Virus record (IMG/VR): IMGVR_UViG_3300020594_000004
Coordinates: 1-41,223 of that record
Strand: one strand, 5' to 3'
DNA length: 41,223 nt
Source of the DNA: a virus
Taxonomy: Duplodnaviria; Caudoviricetes
Positions 7,847 through 15,448 of this stretch are shown piece after piece (the first letter of the stretch is position 1; the number at the start of each line of letters is the position of its first letter). A program made the translations under genes and the position numbers. The notes under the pieces were generated by a model. That model worked only from the letters and a program-made list of their open reading frames with translations, was not told where the DNA came from and searched no databases.

Positions 7847-8470
7847 CTATGCGGCTGCCTGCCGCTTGAAATCCTGGTGTGTGCGGATGGACGCGACGAT
7901 GGCGTCCAACTCTTCGGTGAAGGCATCCACGGCCTTGGCGAGCTGCGCGATAAATTCCTCGTCGCGCTCGACCCGGAGAATGAGGGGAGCAAGGCCGGGG
8001 CTGTAGGAGCAGAAATCCCACCACTGCCGGCCGGTGACCCAGAGAGAGCCCTGCACCTGCGCCTTGTGTTCGGAAGGCAGGACGCGGCGGATCAAGCGTT
8101 CAGCTTGGATGTGACCGAGAGCGGTCTTGATCTCCAAGCCGCCCTCATCGCCGATCAGGCTATCAGGGGAGCACCCCTTGCGGCCATCCTTGACGAAGCC
8201 GACGCGACGTGGCTCGACATCATTGATGAATGCGTAGAGCTGGCGGGCGTCGTCCTCCTGAATATGCCCGCGCTCCATGTGCGCATTGGTGTAGCCGTCT
8301 TCCTCTGGATAGCCGCGCAGGATTTCGGCCGTCAGCTCGTAGAGGTATTTCGAGCGTGTCTTGCCTTCGCCCTTCGCGAGCACATCCTTGAAGCGGGAGG
8401 CGGTGACCACGCCGCAGCGGGCGGCCAGCCATTCGGGAGAATTCTGTTCGCAGTCGATGATTTCGATCAT
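7847..8470 (-). CDS. YqaJ/lambda-type exonuclease
   Basis: QNSPEWLAARCG.VTAS, HMERG, CSPDSL, LEIK, QVQG motifs. Confidence 0.92.
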   Translation of the reverse strand: MIEIIDCEQNSPEWLAARCGVVTASRFKDVLAKGEGKTRSKYLYELTAEILRGYPEEDGYTNAHMERGHIQEDDARQLYAFINDVEPRRVGFVKDGRKGCSPDSLIGDEGGLEIKTALGHIQAERLIRRVLPSEHKAQVQGSLWVTGRQWWDFCSYSPGLAPLILRVERDEEFIAQLAKAVDAFTEELDAIVASIRTHQDFKRQAAA

Positions 8471-9228
8471 TTCTGCCTCGTGGAATTGATCGCATCGACG
8501 GCGCGCCGGTAGTCCTTGGCCTTGATGTCGGTCAGGCTCCCGACCTTCATGAACTTGAGGAACGCGCTCTGATGGTTGGGTCGGCCGTCGGCGGTCTCCT
8601 CAAGCAGGTCGTTGAGGTCCATCACCTGCTGCTCGGTGATCGTCTCCACGCCAGGACCAGCAGACTGGCCGTCATCGTCATCGCCCTTTTCGGCTAGACC
8701 GCAAGCAGCCTTGAAGGTCACGCGTTCGAGATAGGTGACGGTGCTGATGCGAGCCTGCAAGGCATTCTTTGCGCCGCCGGTATCGGGCGGTCCGCCTTGA
8801 GCAACCTGCTTCTTGCCGCCCATGACGTGTTCGATGGTGCAGGTAACTTCGATCCAGTCCTTCTCATCCTTGGTGACCGACCACGAATGACTAAGGCCGT
8901 GCCGGGCGAGGGCAGGGGCGGCGGCATCAACGAAGGAATGCAACTCGGCGTACTTCCGACCCTTGAGCGGGCCGTCCGTAACGTCACGATTCCGCAGCAC
9001 CACAATTGCTTCGCTCTTGAAGGCTGCGAAGGCGACATTGAACGCGCGCTGAGCTTCATCGGCTGCGATTTCCTTGGCCATATTCTTCAGCTCCCGGATC
9101 ACGTCGAGGGGCTGACCGGCGGCAACGGCCTGAGCGATCATGGCCATGATGGGGGACTGCCCCGGTGCTGGTTCGATCGGAAGTCGGTCCGCTGGAAGAG
9201 CCGCAATAGTTTGAGCAACAGCATTCAT
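8467..9228 (-). CDS. ERF-family single-strand annealing protein
   Basis: KYA.L...ARHGLS, STVTYLER and GL...DDDG motifs; paired with exonuclease. Confidence 0.82.
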   Translation of the reverse strand: MNAVAQTIAALPADRLPIEPAPGQSPIMAMIAQAVAAGQPLDVIRELKNMAKEIAADEAQRAFNVAFAAFKSEAIVVLRNRDVTDGPLKGRKYAELHSFVDAAAPALARHGLSHSWSVTKDEKDWIEVTCTIEHVMGGKKQVAQGGPPDTGGAKNALQARISTVTYLERVTFKAACGLAEKGDDDDGQSAGPGVETITEQQVMDLNDLLEETADGRPNHQSAFLKFMKVGSLTDIKAKDYRRAVDAINSTRQK

Positions 9229-9401
9229 CTCGATGCCCTTTCGTTCTTACTGGCGCGTTCAAGCGCCTCTTTGCGTTCATTGGGAGGAAGACCGGCGGAA
9301 CGCTCGCGGTCCCAATCGGCAAGGACGCGCTCAACCGTGATGTCGGCGCCTTCGCCAAACTCGCCGTCTTCACGGATGTTGATGCGGACAGGAGCGGCCA
9401 T
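9225..9401 (-). CDS. Hypothetical 58-aa protein (not in ORF track)
   Basis: MAAPVRINIREDG...ERASR*; TGA overlaps ERF start. Confidence 0.55.
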   Translation of the reverse strand: MAAPVRINIREDGEFGEGADITVERVLADWDRERSAGLPPNERKEALERASKNERASR

Positions 9402-9569
9402 TCACATTCCCTCTGTTCTGAGCATCAGCAGGACGTAAAAGAAGAAGCCGAACAGGAAGGCGATGAGAACCAATGCGGCAATCTCACGCCAGTTGGTCTT
9501 GGCCACGATGGGCTGAGCGTCCTTGAGAAGAACGCCGGTGCCGCCTGGGAGGGTGATGATGCGGTCCAT
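9402..9569 (-). CDS. 55-aa membrane protein (not in ORF track)
   Basis: MDRIITLPGG...IAALVLIAFLFGFFFYVLLMLRTEGM*; coupled on both sides. Confidence 0.6.
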   Translation of the reverse strand: MDRIITLPGGTGVLLKDAQPIVAKTNWREIAALVLIAFLFGFFFYVLLMLRTEGM

Positions 9570-10267
9570 CACTCTGCCGCCTCTGCCGGAGCCGGCTCAT
9601 CCTGAGCCTGGCTGGCGAACGGGCGCCTGGTGCTGTTGATGATCGCGAAGATGGACGCCTTATGGTCCCGCCAGAACTTGGCGGCGGCAACACCATCCAT
9701 GGCCGCAATGGCGCGGTCATCGAACGCATCCCATTCGGAAATCGTGTGGTGCTGACAGCCGATTGTCATGATGGCGTCGGCAATCGTGACCGTCCAAGTT
9801 AGGCCGGTGATCACAATCGGAGAGACCTGCGCCTTGCCGAAGACCTGCGCCTTGCCGAAGACCTGCGCCTCGCCGAAGACCTGCGCCTTGCCGAAGACCC
9901 ACGCCTCGCCGAAGACCTGCGCCTCGCCGGAGACCCGCGCCTTGCCGAAGACCCGCGCCTTGTCGAAGACCTGCGCCTCGCCGGAGACCTGCGCCTCGCC
10001 GGAGACCCGCGCCTTGCCGAAGACCTGCGCCTCGCCGGAGACCTGCGCCTCGCCGGAGACCCGCGCCTTGCCGAAGACCCGCGCCTTGCCGGAGACCCAC
10101 GCCTTGTCGAAGACCTGCGAGAGATTGTCTTCCCTCTCAAGCCAGCCGCCGAGATCGCCAGCAGCAACGACGCCGGCAATGGTGACCAGGGCGCGAATGC
10201 GGCGCAGGGTGACGCCATAGACGACTTTGGTTTCCCCGGTGAATTCGTACTTCTTGGTCTCGGTCAT
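9569..10267 (-). CDS. Hexapeptide-repeat (beta-helix-like) phage protein
   Basis: MTETKKYEF...LRRIRAL...GDLGGWLE.E.NLSQ, then 16.5 xVxGxA repeats, then IGCQ. Confidence 0.85.
   Translation of the reverse strand: MTETKKYEFTGETKVVYGVTLRRIRALVTIAGVVAAGDLGGWLEREDNLSQVFDKAWVSGKARVFGKARVSGEAQVSGEAQVFGKARVSGEAQVSGEAQVFDKARVFGKARVSGEAQVFGEAWVFGKAQVFGEAQVFGKAQVFGKAQVSPIVITGLTWTVTIADAIMTIGCQHHTISEWDAFDDRAIAAMDGVAAAKFWRDHKASIFAIINSTRRPFASQAQDEPAPAEAAE
9821..10117 (-). repeat. 18-bp tandem repeat, 16.5 units
   Basis: (CAG/CGG/TGG)GTC(TTC/TCC)(GGC/GAC)(AAG/GAG)GCG units. Confidence 0.95.
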
Positions 10268-10269
10268 GG

Positions 10270-10656
10270 CTAAGCTGCCTTGTGATTGAGGGGGAGGGCG
10301 GAGGCTGCCACCTGCTCGTTCAGCTTCTGAGCGAGGGTGTGAGCTTCCGATGCTTTGAGGGTGAGGGCGCCAAAGCGCTGGCCGTACCGATCCCAAGACT
10401 TGGAAACGGTGTGGCGGCCTCCGTCCTTGCTGTAGGGCTGGCCAGTAACGGTCCAGCAGGGGGTTCCGGTCAGCGGGCCAAGGGTGGGGACGGCAGCGAA
10501 AGGCGCGATGCCGGTAACTTCCACCTTGAGGACATCGCCCCGGAAAAAGATGTCGGCGGTGAGCGTCACTTCGCGGGCGGCATCGGCAGCGGCACGTTCG
10601 CGATATTCGCGGTCTTCGGCCTGCATCCGGGCGATTGCGTCTTCGAGGGCGGACAT
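10270..10656 (-). CDS. First gene of leftward early operon, hypothetical
   Basis: MSALEDAIARMQ with GGAG RBS, just downstream of OL. Confidence 0.7.
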   Translation of the reverse strand: MSALEDAIARMQAEDREYRERAAADAAREVTLTADIFFRGDVLKVEVTGIAPFAAVPTLGPLTGTPCWTVTGQPYSKDGGRHTVSKSWDRYGQRFGALTLKASEAHTLAQKLNEQVAASALPLNHKAA

Positions 10657-10686
10657 TGGCGGCTCCATCGGGTTGATGGAGTGATA

Positions 10687-10737
10687 GTGGCATAATCTGC
10701 CACCAATGCGCAATAGAGAAGTGGCAAAAGATGCAAC
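10687..10737 (-). promoter_or_regulatory. OL/PL: two repressor operators GTGGCA-N5-TGCCAC
   Basis: GTGGCAtaatcTGCCAC (10687-10703) and GTGGCAaaagaTGCAAC (10721-10737). Confidence 0.85.
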
Positions 10738-10804
10738 TTTTTTAAAGCGCGGCCAGAATCATCCTGCTACAACAGGCTGTCACCGCAGCGATGTGGGGAT
10801 GAGA

Positions 10805-10832
10805 AAAGGGCGCCGGCCTAAACCGACGCCCC
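10805..10832 (-). terminator. Intrinsic terminator after the small peptide gene
   Basis: GGGCGTCGG/CCGGCGCCC stem followed by TTTT on the minus strand. Confidence 0.75.
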
Positions 10833-10836
10833 AGCA

Positions 10837-10929
10837 TCAGATGAAGAGAAGCGCGATCAGCAAGGCTACATAGAGACATGCTGCCACGTTGATCTTCACT
10901 TCGATGCGAACCGTAAGGAACTTGCGCAT
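10837..10929 (-). CDS. 30-aa hydrophobic peptide, candidate type I toxin (not in ORF track)
   Basis: MRKFLTVRIEVKINVAACLYVALLIALLFI*; SD GGAG; own terminator. Confidence 0.7.
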   Translation of the reverse strand: MRKFLTVRIEVKINVAACLYVALLIALLFI

Positions 10930-11200
10930 TGCGCCTGACTCCATACGGGCAGCCGGCCGCCCAGGTTATGGGGGCTGAGTATTTGTATCGCGCCCTTGCT
11001 GGCGCTATCCCGGCGTCGTTCTAGACCGGGCCGGGAGTTTCGGCGGCGTCACCTGTGCGTCAGGCGTACGAAGACAACCGCCATTAGCCCCCTCTGACAA
11101 AGGGGACACAGGCCATGTCAGTGGCCTATCGTGACGGGGCGCCATGAACTGGATTGTTCGCCCATCGGGTGAGTTCCACGAGCATGGCGCCCGTCACGAA
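10930..11200 (-). ncRNA. Highly structured ~270-nt putative 5' leader
   Basis: Long hairpin 11129-11199, two short hairpins with complementary loops, 8-nt segment complementary to the RBS region. Confidence 0.6.
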
Positions 11201-11207
11201 TATCGTC

Positions 11208-11236
11208 ACATTACCGCCATGCCGGCAGGAGTCGAG
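11208..11236 (-). promoter_or_regulatory. Putative sigma70 promoter for the leader/peptide transcript
   Basis: CTCGAC-N17-TAATGT on the minus strand. Confidence 0.5.
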
Positions 11237-11243
11237 ATAGCTG

Positions 11244-11355
11244 GCAAAACAAAACCCCGCTCGGTGGCGGGGTTGGTTGGAGGCCGCTGCAAAGCACCTC
11301 CCTTGATGAGATTTGGGGGCTCGGTGGGAGGCGCCTTGCAACATCACGAGGCTGT
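11244..11355 (-). ncRNA. Putative sRNA: 17-bp hairpin plus terminator
   Basis: Inverted repeat 11286-11302/11326-11342, then terminator 11244-11274; flanked upstream by another terminator. Confidence 0.55.
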
Positions 11356-11381
11356 GAGGAGTCTGTGGCAGAATGTGGGCC

Positions 11382-11410
11382 GCAAAACAAAACTCCGCCG
11401 AAGCGGGGTT
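11382..11410 (-). terminator. Intrinsic terminator of the TA operon
   Basis: AACCCCGC-TTCG-GCGGAGTT then TTGTTTTGC. Confidence 0.8.
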
Positions 11411-11453
11411 CTGTGTCGATACTAAGTGCACTGGCCAAACGCTGGCTACGGCG

Positions 11454-11897
11454 CTAGGCAGCCAGCTTCCAACCCTCATTGGTATCTTGGAAACATGCTT
11501 CGGAGTGCTCGATTTGGTCGAGTTCTGACAACCTATCAACGAGCGCCTTCACCAGCGTGTCTCCTTGGAAGTATGCCGTGTACAGGACTCGGACTAGTCT
11601 ATCGGCAGTTGGATTGAAGATGCCGTCGCGCTTTTTCTCCCAACGACGAACTGCTTGCTCCTCAAGCCCAAGCGCTGCTGCCAGGTCTTTCTGAGTCATG
11701 CCCAACTCAAGCCGGAGAAACCGTAGTTCGGCTCCGTTGAGTGGCTTCGGGGACGACACGAGCCAATGGCCAATGGCCTTGTGAAGCTCATCCGTATCTT
11801 CGATGGTGACGCCTTCGCCGTAGGGCGTGGTGTGGATCGTGTAGCCGTTCTTGAGGTACACGTTATCGAGGCCGCTGTCGGTGTAGTGGTAAGTCAT
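11454..11897 (-). CDS. XRE-HTH antitoxin (MqsA/HigA-like)
   Basis: YHYTDSGLDNVYL.NG N-terminus; ELRFLRLELGMTQKDLAAALG...VRRWE HTH. Confidence 0.85.
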   Translation of the reverse strand: MTYHYTDSGLDNVYLKNGYTIHTTPYGEGVTIEDTDELHKAIGHWLVSSPKPLNGAELRFLRLELGMTQKDLAAALGLEEQAVRRWEKKRDGIFNPTADRLVRVLYTAYFQGDTLVKALVDRLSELDQIEHSEACFQDTNEGWKLAA

Positions 11898-11910
11898 GAT
11901 GATGTGCCTC

Positions 11911-12213
11911 TCAGATTAGAGTGACGACAACGAGCTGGGATGCCCATTCGATCGCCACAACAACCGTAATTTCTTCTCCTGCGTAATAGCCTACCATTGT
12001 CACTTGCCAATTTCTGAAATCGTTCAGGAATGGACCTTCGTCAATGTAGCCAGTCCGAAGGCAGGTCTCGAACTGCTTTCGGGTGATGTTCCGTTCCTTC
12101 CCGCGCTCGATTGCGTGCCGCGTAAGCACAATCCGATTGCTATCTTTCGCGAGCTCTTGGATGTGCGCCAGTGCAACAGGCGCCGTCATCACAAGCGGGA
12201 TTATCTCAGCCAT
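11911..12213 (-). CDS. DUF4258-like (RelE-superfamily) toxin
   Basis: IVLTRHAIERGKERNIT...LRTG...LVVVT; directly upstream of HTH antitoxin. Confidence 0.75.
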   Translation of the reverse strand: MAEIIPLVMTAPVALAHIQELAKDSNRIVLTRHAIERGKERNITRKQFETCLRTGYIDEGPFLNDFRNWQVTMVGYYAGEEITVVVAIEWASQLVVVTLI

Positions 12214-12215
12214 GC

Positions 12216-12250
12216 ACCTATCAATATGATAGGTTTGTGTGACCAGTCAA
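12216..12250 (-). promoter_or_regulatory. TA promoter with palindromic operator
   Basis: TTGACT-N16-CATATT; palindrome ACCTATCA-ata-TGATAGGT (12216-12234). Confidence 0.65.
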
Positions 12251-12327
12251 TGAAGATAGTGGAGGAAAGTTGCGTCACAAAACGGGGAGCGAAGCCCAGG
12301 GGCAGACGCCGTGGTCGACCGTTGGGG

Positions 12328-12516
12328 TTAAGCATTCCCTTCTGGCGGCATATCCTCCAGCTCGATCTCCTCGCGGATGCCTACCAGAACCCGCAGCGTC
12401 TCTATCGTTTCCGCTGCCTCGCGTAAGGCAGTAACGATGTCTCTGACAGGAACGTCATCTACCTGATGGGCAAGGTCGCGGAGCCGCAACACAATGTCAG
12501 GGTGATCTGCCATCAT
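12328..12516 (-). CDS. Hypothetical protein in repressor operon
   Basis: 62-aa ORF coupled to the upstream gene. Confidence 0.6.
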   Translation of the reverse strand: MMADHPDIVLRLRDLAHQVDDVPVRDIVTALREAAETIETLRVLVGIREEIELEDMPPEGNA

Positions 12517-12761
12517 TCCATCTCCGGTGTTTCACCATCCTGAAACAATACCTCGGGCGGCCCGTATTCGCCCACATCTGGGTGAGCTTCTCGCGACCAG
12601 GCTATGACGCCGGCATACTTCCCGGTTGCGGCCATCATGCGGGCTTCATGCCTGGCGCGGTCTTCGCTCTGCATTTCGCGAGGCTCAAAGGCAGGCTGTA
12701 GCTCGCCCTCGTCGTCGCGGAGGAAAGCAAGGAGGACGATGAGCTTGGTGGGAGTGGTCAT
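12513..12761 (-). CDS. Hypothetical protein in repressor operon
   Basis: 82 aa; GVIAWSREAHPDVGEYGPPEVLF. Confidence 0.7.
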   Translation of the reverse strand: MTTPTKLIVLLAFLRDDEGELQPAFEPREMQSEDRARHEARMMAATGKYAGVIAWSREAHPDVGEYGPPEVLFQDGETPEME

Positions 12762-12769
12762 CGAGCCGT

Positions 12770-13141
12770 CTATCCAGCCTTCTTCTTTTTGTCGGGGAAT
12801 GCGGCTTCGAGCATAGCGCGTGCTCGCTCAAGTTCTTCCTTGCTGCGTTCCGAAAAGAATTTGACGAACCAGTCATCCTCAGGGGGGCGAAGCAAGTCTG
12901 CCTCGTCCTCCAAGCCCAGGGCGTCAGCTACGCGCTTCTGCATTGCTGGTTGAGGCATTTGCCCCTTTTGCCAGCGATAGACTTGGCTCTTGTCCACGCG
13001 AGGTAAATCCATGGACCGTTCATCATCGTTTAGAAGCGCCAGCAGGTCAGAAACCGATACCCCCTGGTTCTCCATCCATTCTTTGATGAAGTGACGGCGG
13101 ATAGGCGTTTTGCCCTGATGGATAGATGGTACGTCAGTCAT
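12770..13141 (-). CDS. CI-like repressor (XRE HTH, no S24 peptidase domain)
   Basis: HFIKEWME...VDKSQVYRWQKGQMP; divergent from cro; ATG at 13141. Confidence 0.8.
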   Translation of the reverse strand: MTDVPSIHQGKTPIRRHFIKEWMENQGVSVSDLLALLNDDERSMDLPRVDKSQVYRWQKGQMPQPAMQKRVADALGLEDEADLLRPPEDDWFVKFFSERSKEELERARAMLEAAFPDKKKKAG

Positions 13142-13142
13142 G

Positions 13143-13231
13143 GTGGCATATTTTACCAATCCGGGTTGTGACGTTCGCCTGCAGAAAATGCCACCGATGG
13201 GCTAGACAAGAGTGGCAGAAAATGCCACTAC
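13143..13231. promoter_or_regulatory. OR: three operators with PR/PRM
   Basis: GTGGCAtatttTACCAA (13143), CCTGCAgaaaaTGCCAC (13178), GTGGCAgaaaaTGCCAC (13212); PR candidate TAGACA-N17-CACTAC. Confidence 0.85.
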
Positions 13232-13237
13232 TCGGCC

Positions 13238-13468
13238 ATGACAACCAAAATGGCACTCGCAAATTTCCGTTCGTCACATGGCTTGACGCTTGATGGAGCC
13301 GCTGCCGCGCTAGGCGTGGATCGAAAAACGGTGCTGCGCTGGGAGCAGGGCAAGGTTCTTATCCCGGCTGAGCGTGTGCTTGAGGTCGAGCGCGTCACTG
13401 GCATCTCCCGATATGAGCTGCGGCCCGACCTTGCGGCGATCTTCGCCAAGACCGAGGCCGCAGCATGA
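13238..13468 (+). CDS. Cro-like repressor
   Basis: HTH LGVDRKTVLRWE and TGISRYELRPDL signature. Confidence 0.88.
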   Translation: MTTKMALANFRSSHGLTLDGAAAALGVDRKTVLRWEQGKVLIPAERVLEVERVTGISRYELRPDLAAIFAKTEAAA

Positions 13469-14235
13469 CCGACAGCATGGCCGAAGACATGCTGCATTCG
13501 TTCTTCGAGCGCTGGGAGCGCCTTGAGGGCGAGAAGGATGCTATCAGCGCAGACCTGCGCGAGCTGTTTGCCGAAATGAAGGGCAATGGCTTCGATACGA
13601 AGGTCGCTCGCAAAGTGTTCCGCGACAAACTGGCCGATAGTACCGAACGTGCTGAGTTCGAGGCCGTTTATGATCTCTACTGGTCGGCGCTTTCCGGGCC
13701 TCGCGCGCGTCCCGCGCGAGAGAGCGGCGAGAGCACCACCCATAACTCCAGCGTTCCTGCGGGTTTCGACCCGGAAACGGGCGAAGAGGTCACCACCTCC
13801 GCTGGAGCCCAGATTGCCGAGGGCATGACCGAAGCGGTCGCAGTCGCCCGTGGCGAAGCCGAGCCATATCGAATTCACCAACCCCAGCCGGAAACGGCGA
13901 ACGAGCAGCCGGAAACCCACGGTTCGAGTCCGTGCATTGCAGCAAGGGAAGCTGACCGGCCCGCAACCTACGGTCAACTGGTGACGGGCGGAGAGAGTGC
14001 CGCATCCCATTCCATTCCCGCCAGCACGAGCCCCCAAACCATGCTGGCAGGAGAGGGGAGCGGCGATGGCACGACCGCTGCTCCCCTCGACAATTCCAAT
14101 CGCCAATGGACCTATGCCGACGAGCCTGACCCGCGCTGCCTCAACCCGATAGGCTGCGGCGGCACCTCGCGATTTGCCCTTTGCGGCCGTTGCAAGGTGA
14201 AAGCCGGACTCGTAACCGTCGAGGCCGTGGAATGA
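13465..14235 (+). CDS. GapR/DUF2312-domain protein with long C-terminal extension
   Basis: LHSFFERWERLEGEKDAISADLRELFAEMKGNGFDTK...DLY. Confidence 0.85.
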   Translation: MTDSMAEDMLHSFFERWERLEGEKDAISADLRELFAEMKGNGFDTKVARKVFRDKLADSTERAEFEAVYDLYWSALSGPRARPARESGESTTHNSSVPAGFDPETGEEVTTSAGAQIAEGMTEAVAVARGEAEPYRIHQPQPETANEQPETHGSSPCIAAREADRPATYGQLVTGGESAASHSIPASTSPQTMLAGEGSGDGTTAAPLDNSNRQWTYADEPDPRCLNPIGCGGTSRFALCGRCKVKAGLVTVEAVE

Positions 14236-14333
14236 GCAATTCCGCATTCTTCCTCGGCATCCTGTCCCTGGCATCGTTCCTCACTGCGGCGGCAATGGTT
14301 GCCCTCAGCGCCGTGGGGCTGCTGCCATGTTGA
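14232..14333 (+). CDS. 33-aa hydrophobic peptide (not in ORF track)
   Basis: MSNSAFFLGILSLASFLTAAAMVALSAVGLLPC*; ATGA overlap with the GapR-like gene. Confidence 0.5.
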   Translation: MSNSAFFLGILSLASFLTAAAMVALSAVGLLPC

Positions 14334-14486
14334 CAGCCTTATCCGTTGTTCACCACCAGCACCAAATGCATGCGCACCTTTCGGGTGCGCATGGACTTGC
14401 TGCCGTGTTGGCGCAGGCGTCCCGGCGATCCGGGGTCGACACGGTTTCTCCCAACCGTGTTGGCGCAGTTGACGCTCTGAACACTG

Positions 14487-14512
14487 GCCGGGGCTTCGGC
14501 TCCGGCGCTTTT
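14487..14512 (+). terminator. tR1-like hairpin
   Basis: GCCGGGGC-TTCG-GCTCCGGC followed by GCTTTT. Confidence 0.55.
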
Positions 14513-14739
14513 CTCATTTCCATTGCGGCTGGCATTCCCCCCCAGCGCTGGCCGCAAGCGGGCGCAAGTGATCCTCATCCCTCCTTGCGTCCGCACCTCT
14601 TTCCATCGCTGCCTCGGCTTCCTTTGCCCTGGCGCGGCATTCTTCGGCCAACTGCTCAAACACTCCTGCAAGAGCCTTCCCGAGCAGTTCAGCCATCTGT
14701 CGTTCCTTTCCAAGCTGGTCGCTCTCTTCGGAAGCAACC

Positions 14740-15192
14740 ATGCACCGAAGGGATGCCAACCAGTTGTCAAAGTTTGCCAAAAAGGAGCGCGACGTGACCG
14801 CTGCTCTTGCTGACGATATTCGCGCCTATGCCGTGAAGCGCTGGCCAACGATGAACCACGAATGGCGCAAGGCAAAGCTCGCCTCGCTTCTGAACATGAA
14901 GGTACGGCGCGTCCGATCCTATTGGGACGCCGAAGAGACGCTTTCGCCTCGTCAGCAGGAGGTGGACGCGATCAAGTCGCTGATCGGCGCAGAAGAGGAG
15001 AAAGCCCGTGTGGAAGCAGATCGGGCCTTGGCGGAGCGCGTTGCTGAGCTTGAAGCCCAGCTTGCCTTTGTCATGTCGTCGCTGGCTGGCGACCAGATGG
15101 CGGCAAGCGGCGGAGCGGCATGGGGCCAGGGCGAAGCAGGAAATCGATCGCACGGAAGCGCTTCGCGCGGCGGCACGGGAAATCGAGACTGA
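14740..15192 (+). CDS. CII-like regulatory protein (putative)
   Basis: HTH-like LASLLNMKVRRVRSYW plus coiled coil; position after cro. Confidence 0.5.
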   Translation: MHRRDANQLSKFAKKERDVTAALADDIRAYAVKRWPTMNHEWRKAKLASLLNMKVRRVRSYWDAEETLSPRQQEVDAIKSLIGAEEEKARVEADRALAERVAELEAQLAFVMSSLAGDQMAASGGAAWGQGEAGNRSHGSASRGGTGNRD

Positions 15193-15289
15193 TTAATTCT
15201 AACGCGGCCTAGCCGCACATAGCACCGGGCAGGGATAGGCAGAACGGGCCAACACCTTCCCCGGTCAGGCAACCACAGAAGGATAGACC

Positions 15290-15448
15290 ATGGGCAACGC
15301 ATCTGCGGGGCATAAAGGATTCCGTCCCGAAAATATCCGGTTACCGAAGGCGGTCCGCGACAAGCACGGGCCGCAGGAGCGGCTTCGCATTAAGCGGTCT
15401 ATCGCGCTTCACGCCAACCTTGAGAACGAGAGGAGGGCAGGGAAGTGA
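15290..15448 (+). CDS. 52-aa basic protein (not in ORF track)
   Basis: MGNASAGHKGFRP...; GTGA overlap with the MTase start. Confidence 0.5.
   Translation: MGNASAGHKGFRPENIRLPKAVRDKHGPQERLRIKRSIALHANLENERRAGK

Noticed and set aside
9821-10117. CRISPR array
   Set aside because: Contiguous 18-bp coding repeats without unique spacers; no cas genes
9717-10220. Alternative-frame repeat ORFs (GAGLRQ, TCASPE, SSARR)
   Set aside because: Open frames are a by-product of a stop-free repeat unit; only one frame has recognisable flanking domains
11126-11539. ORF-track proteins across the RNA-rich island
   Set aside because: They run through terminators and long hairpins, lack an RBS and have no protein-like composition
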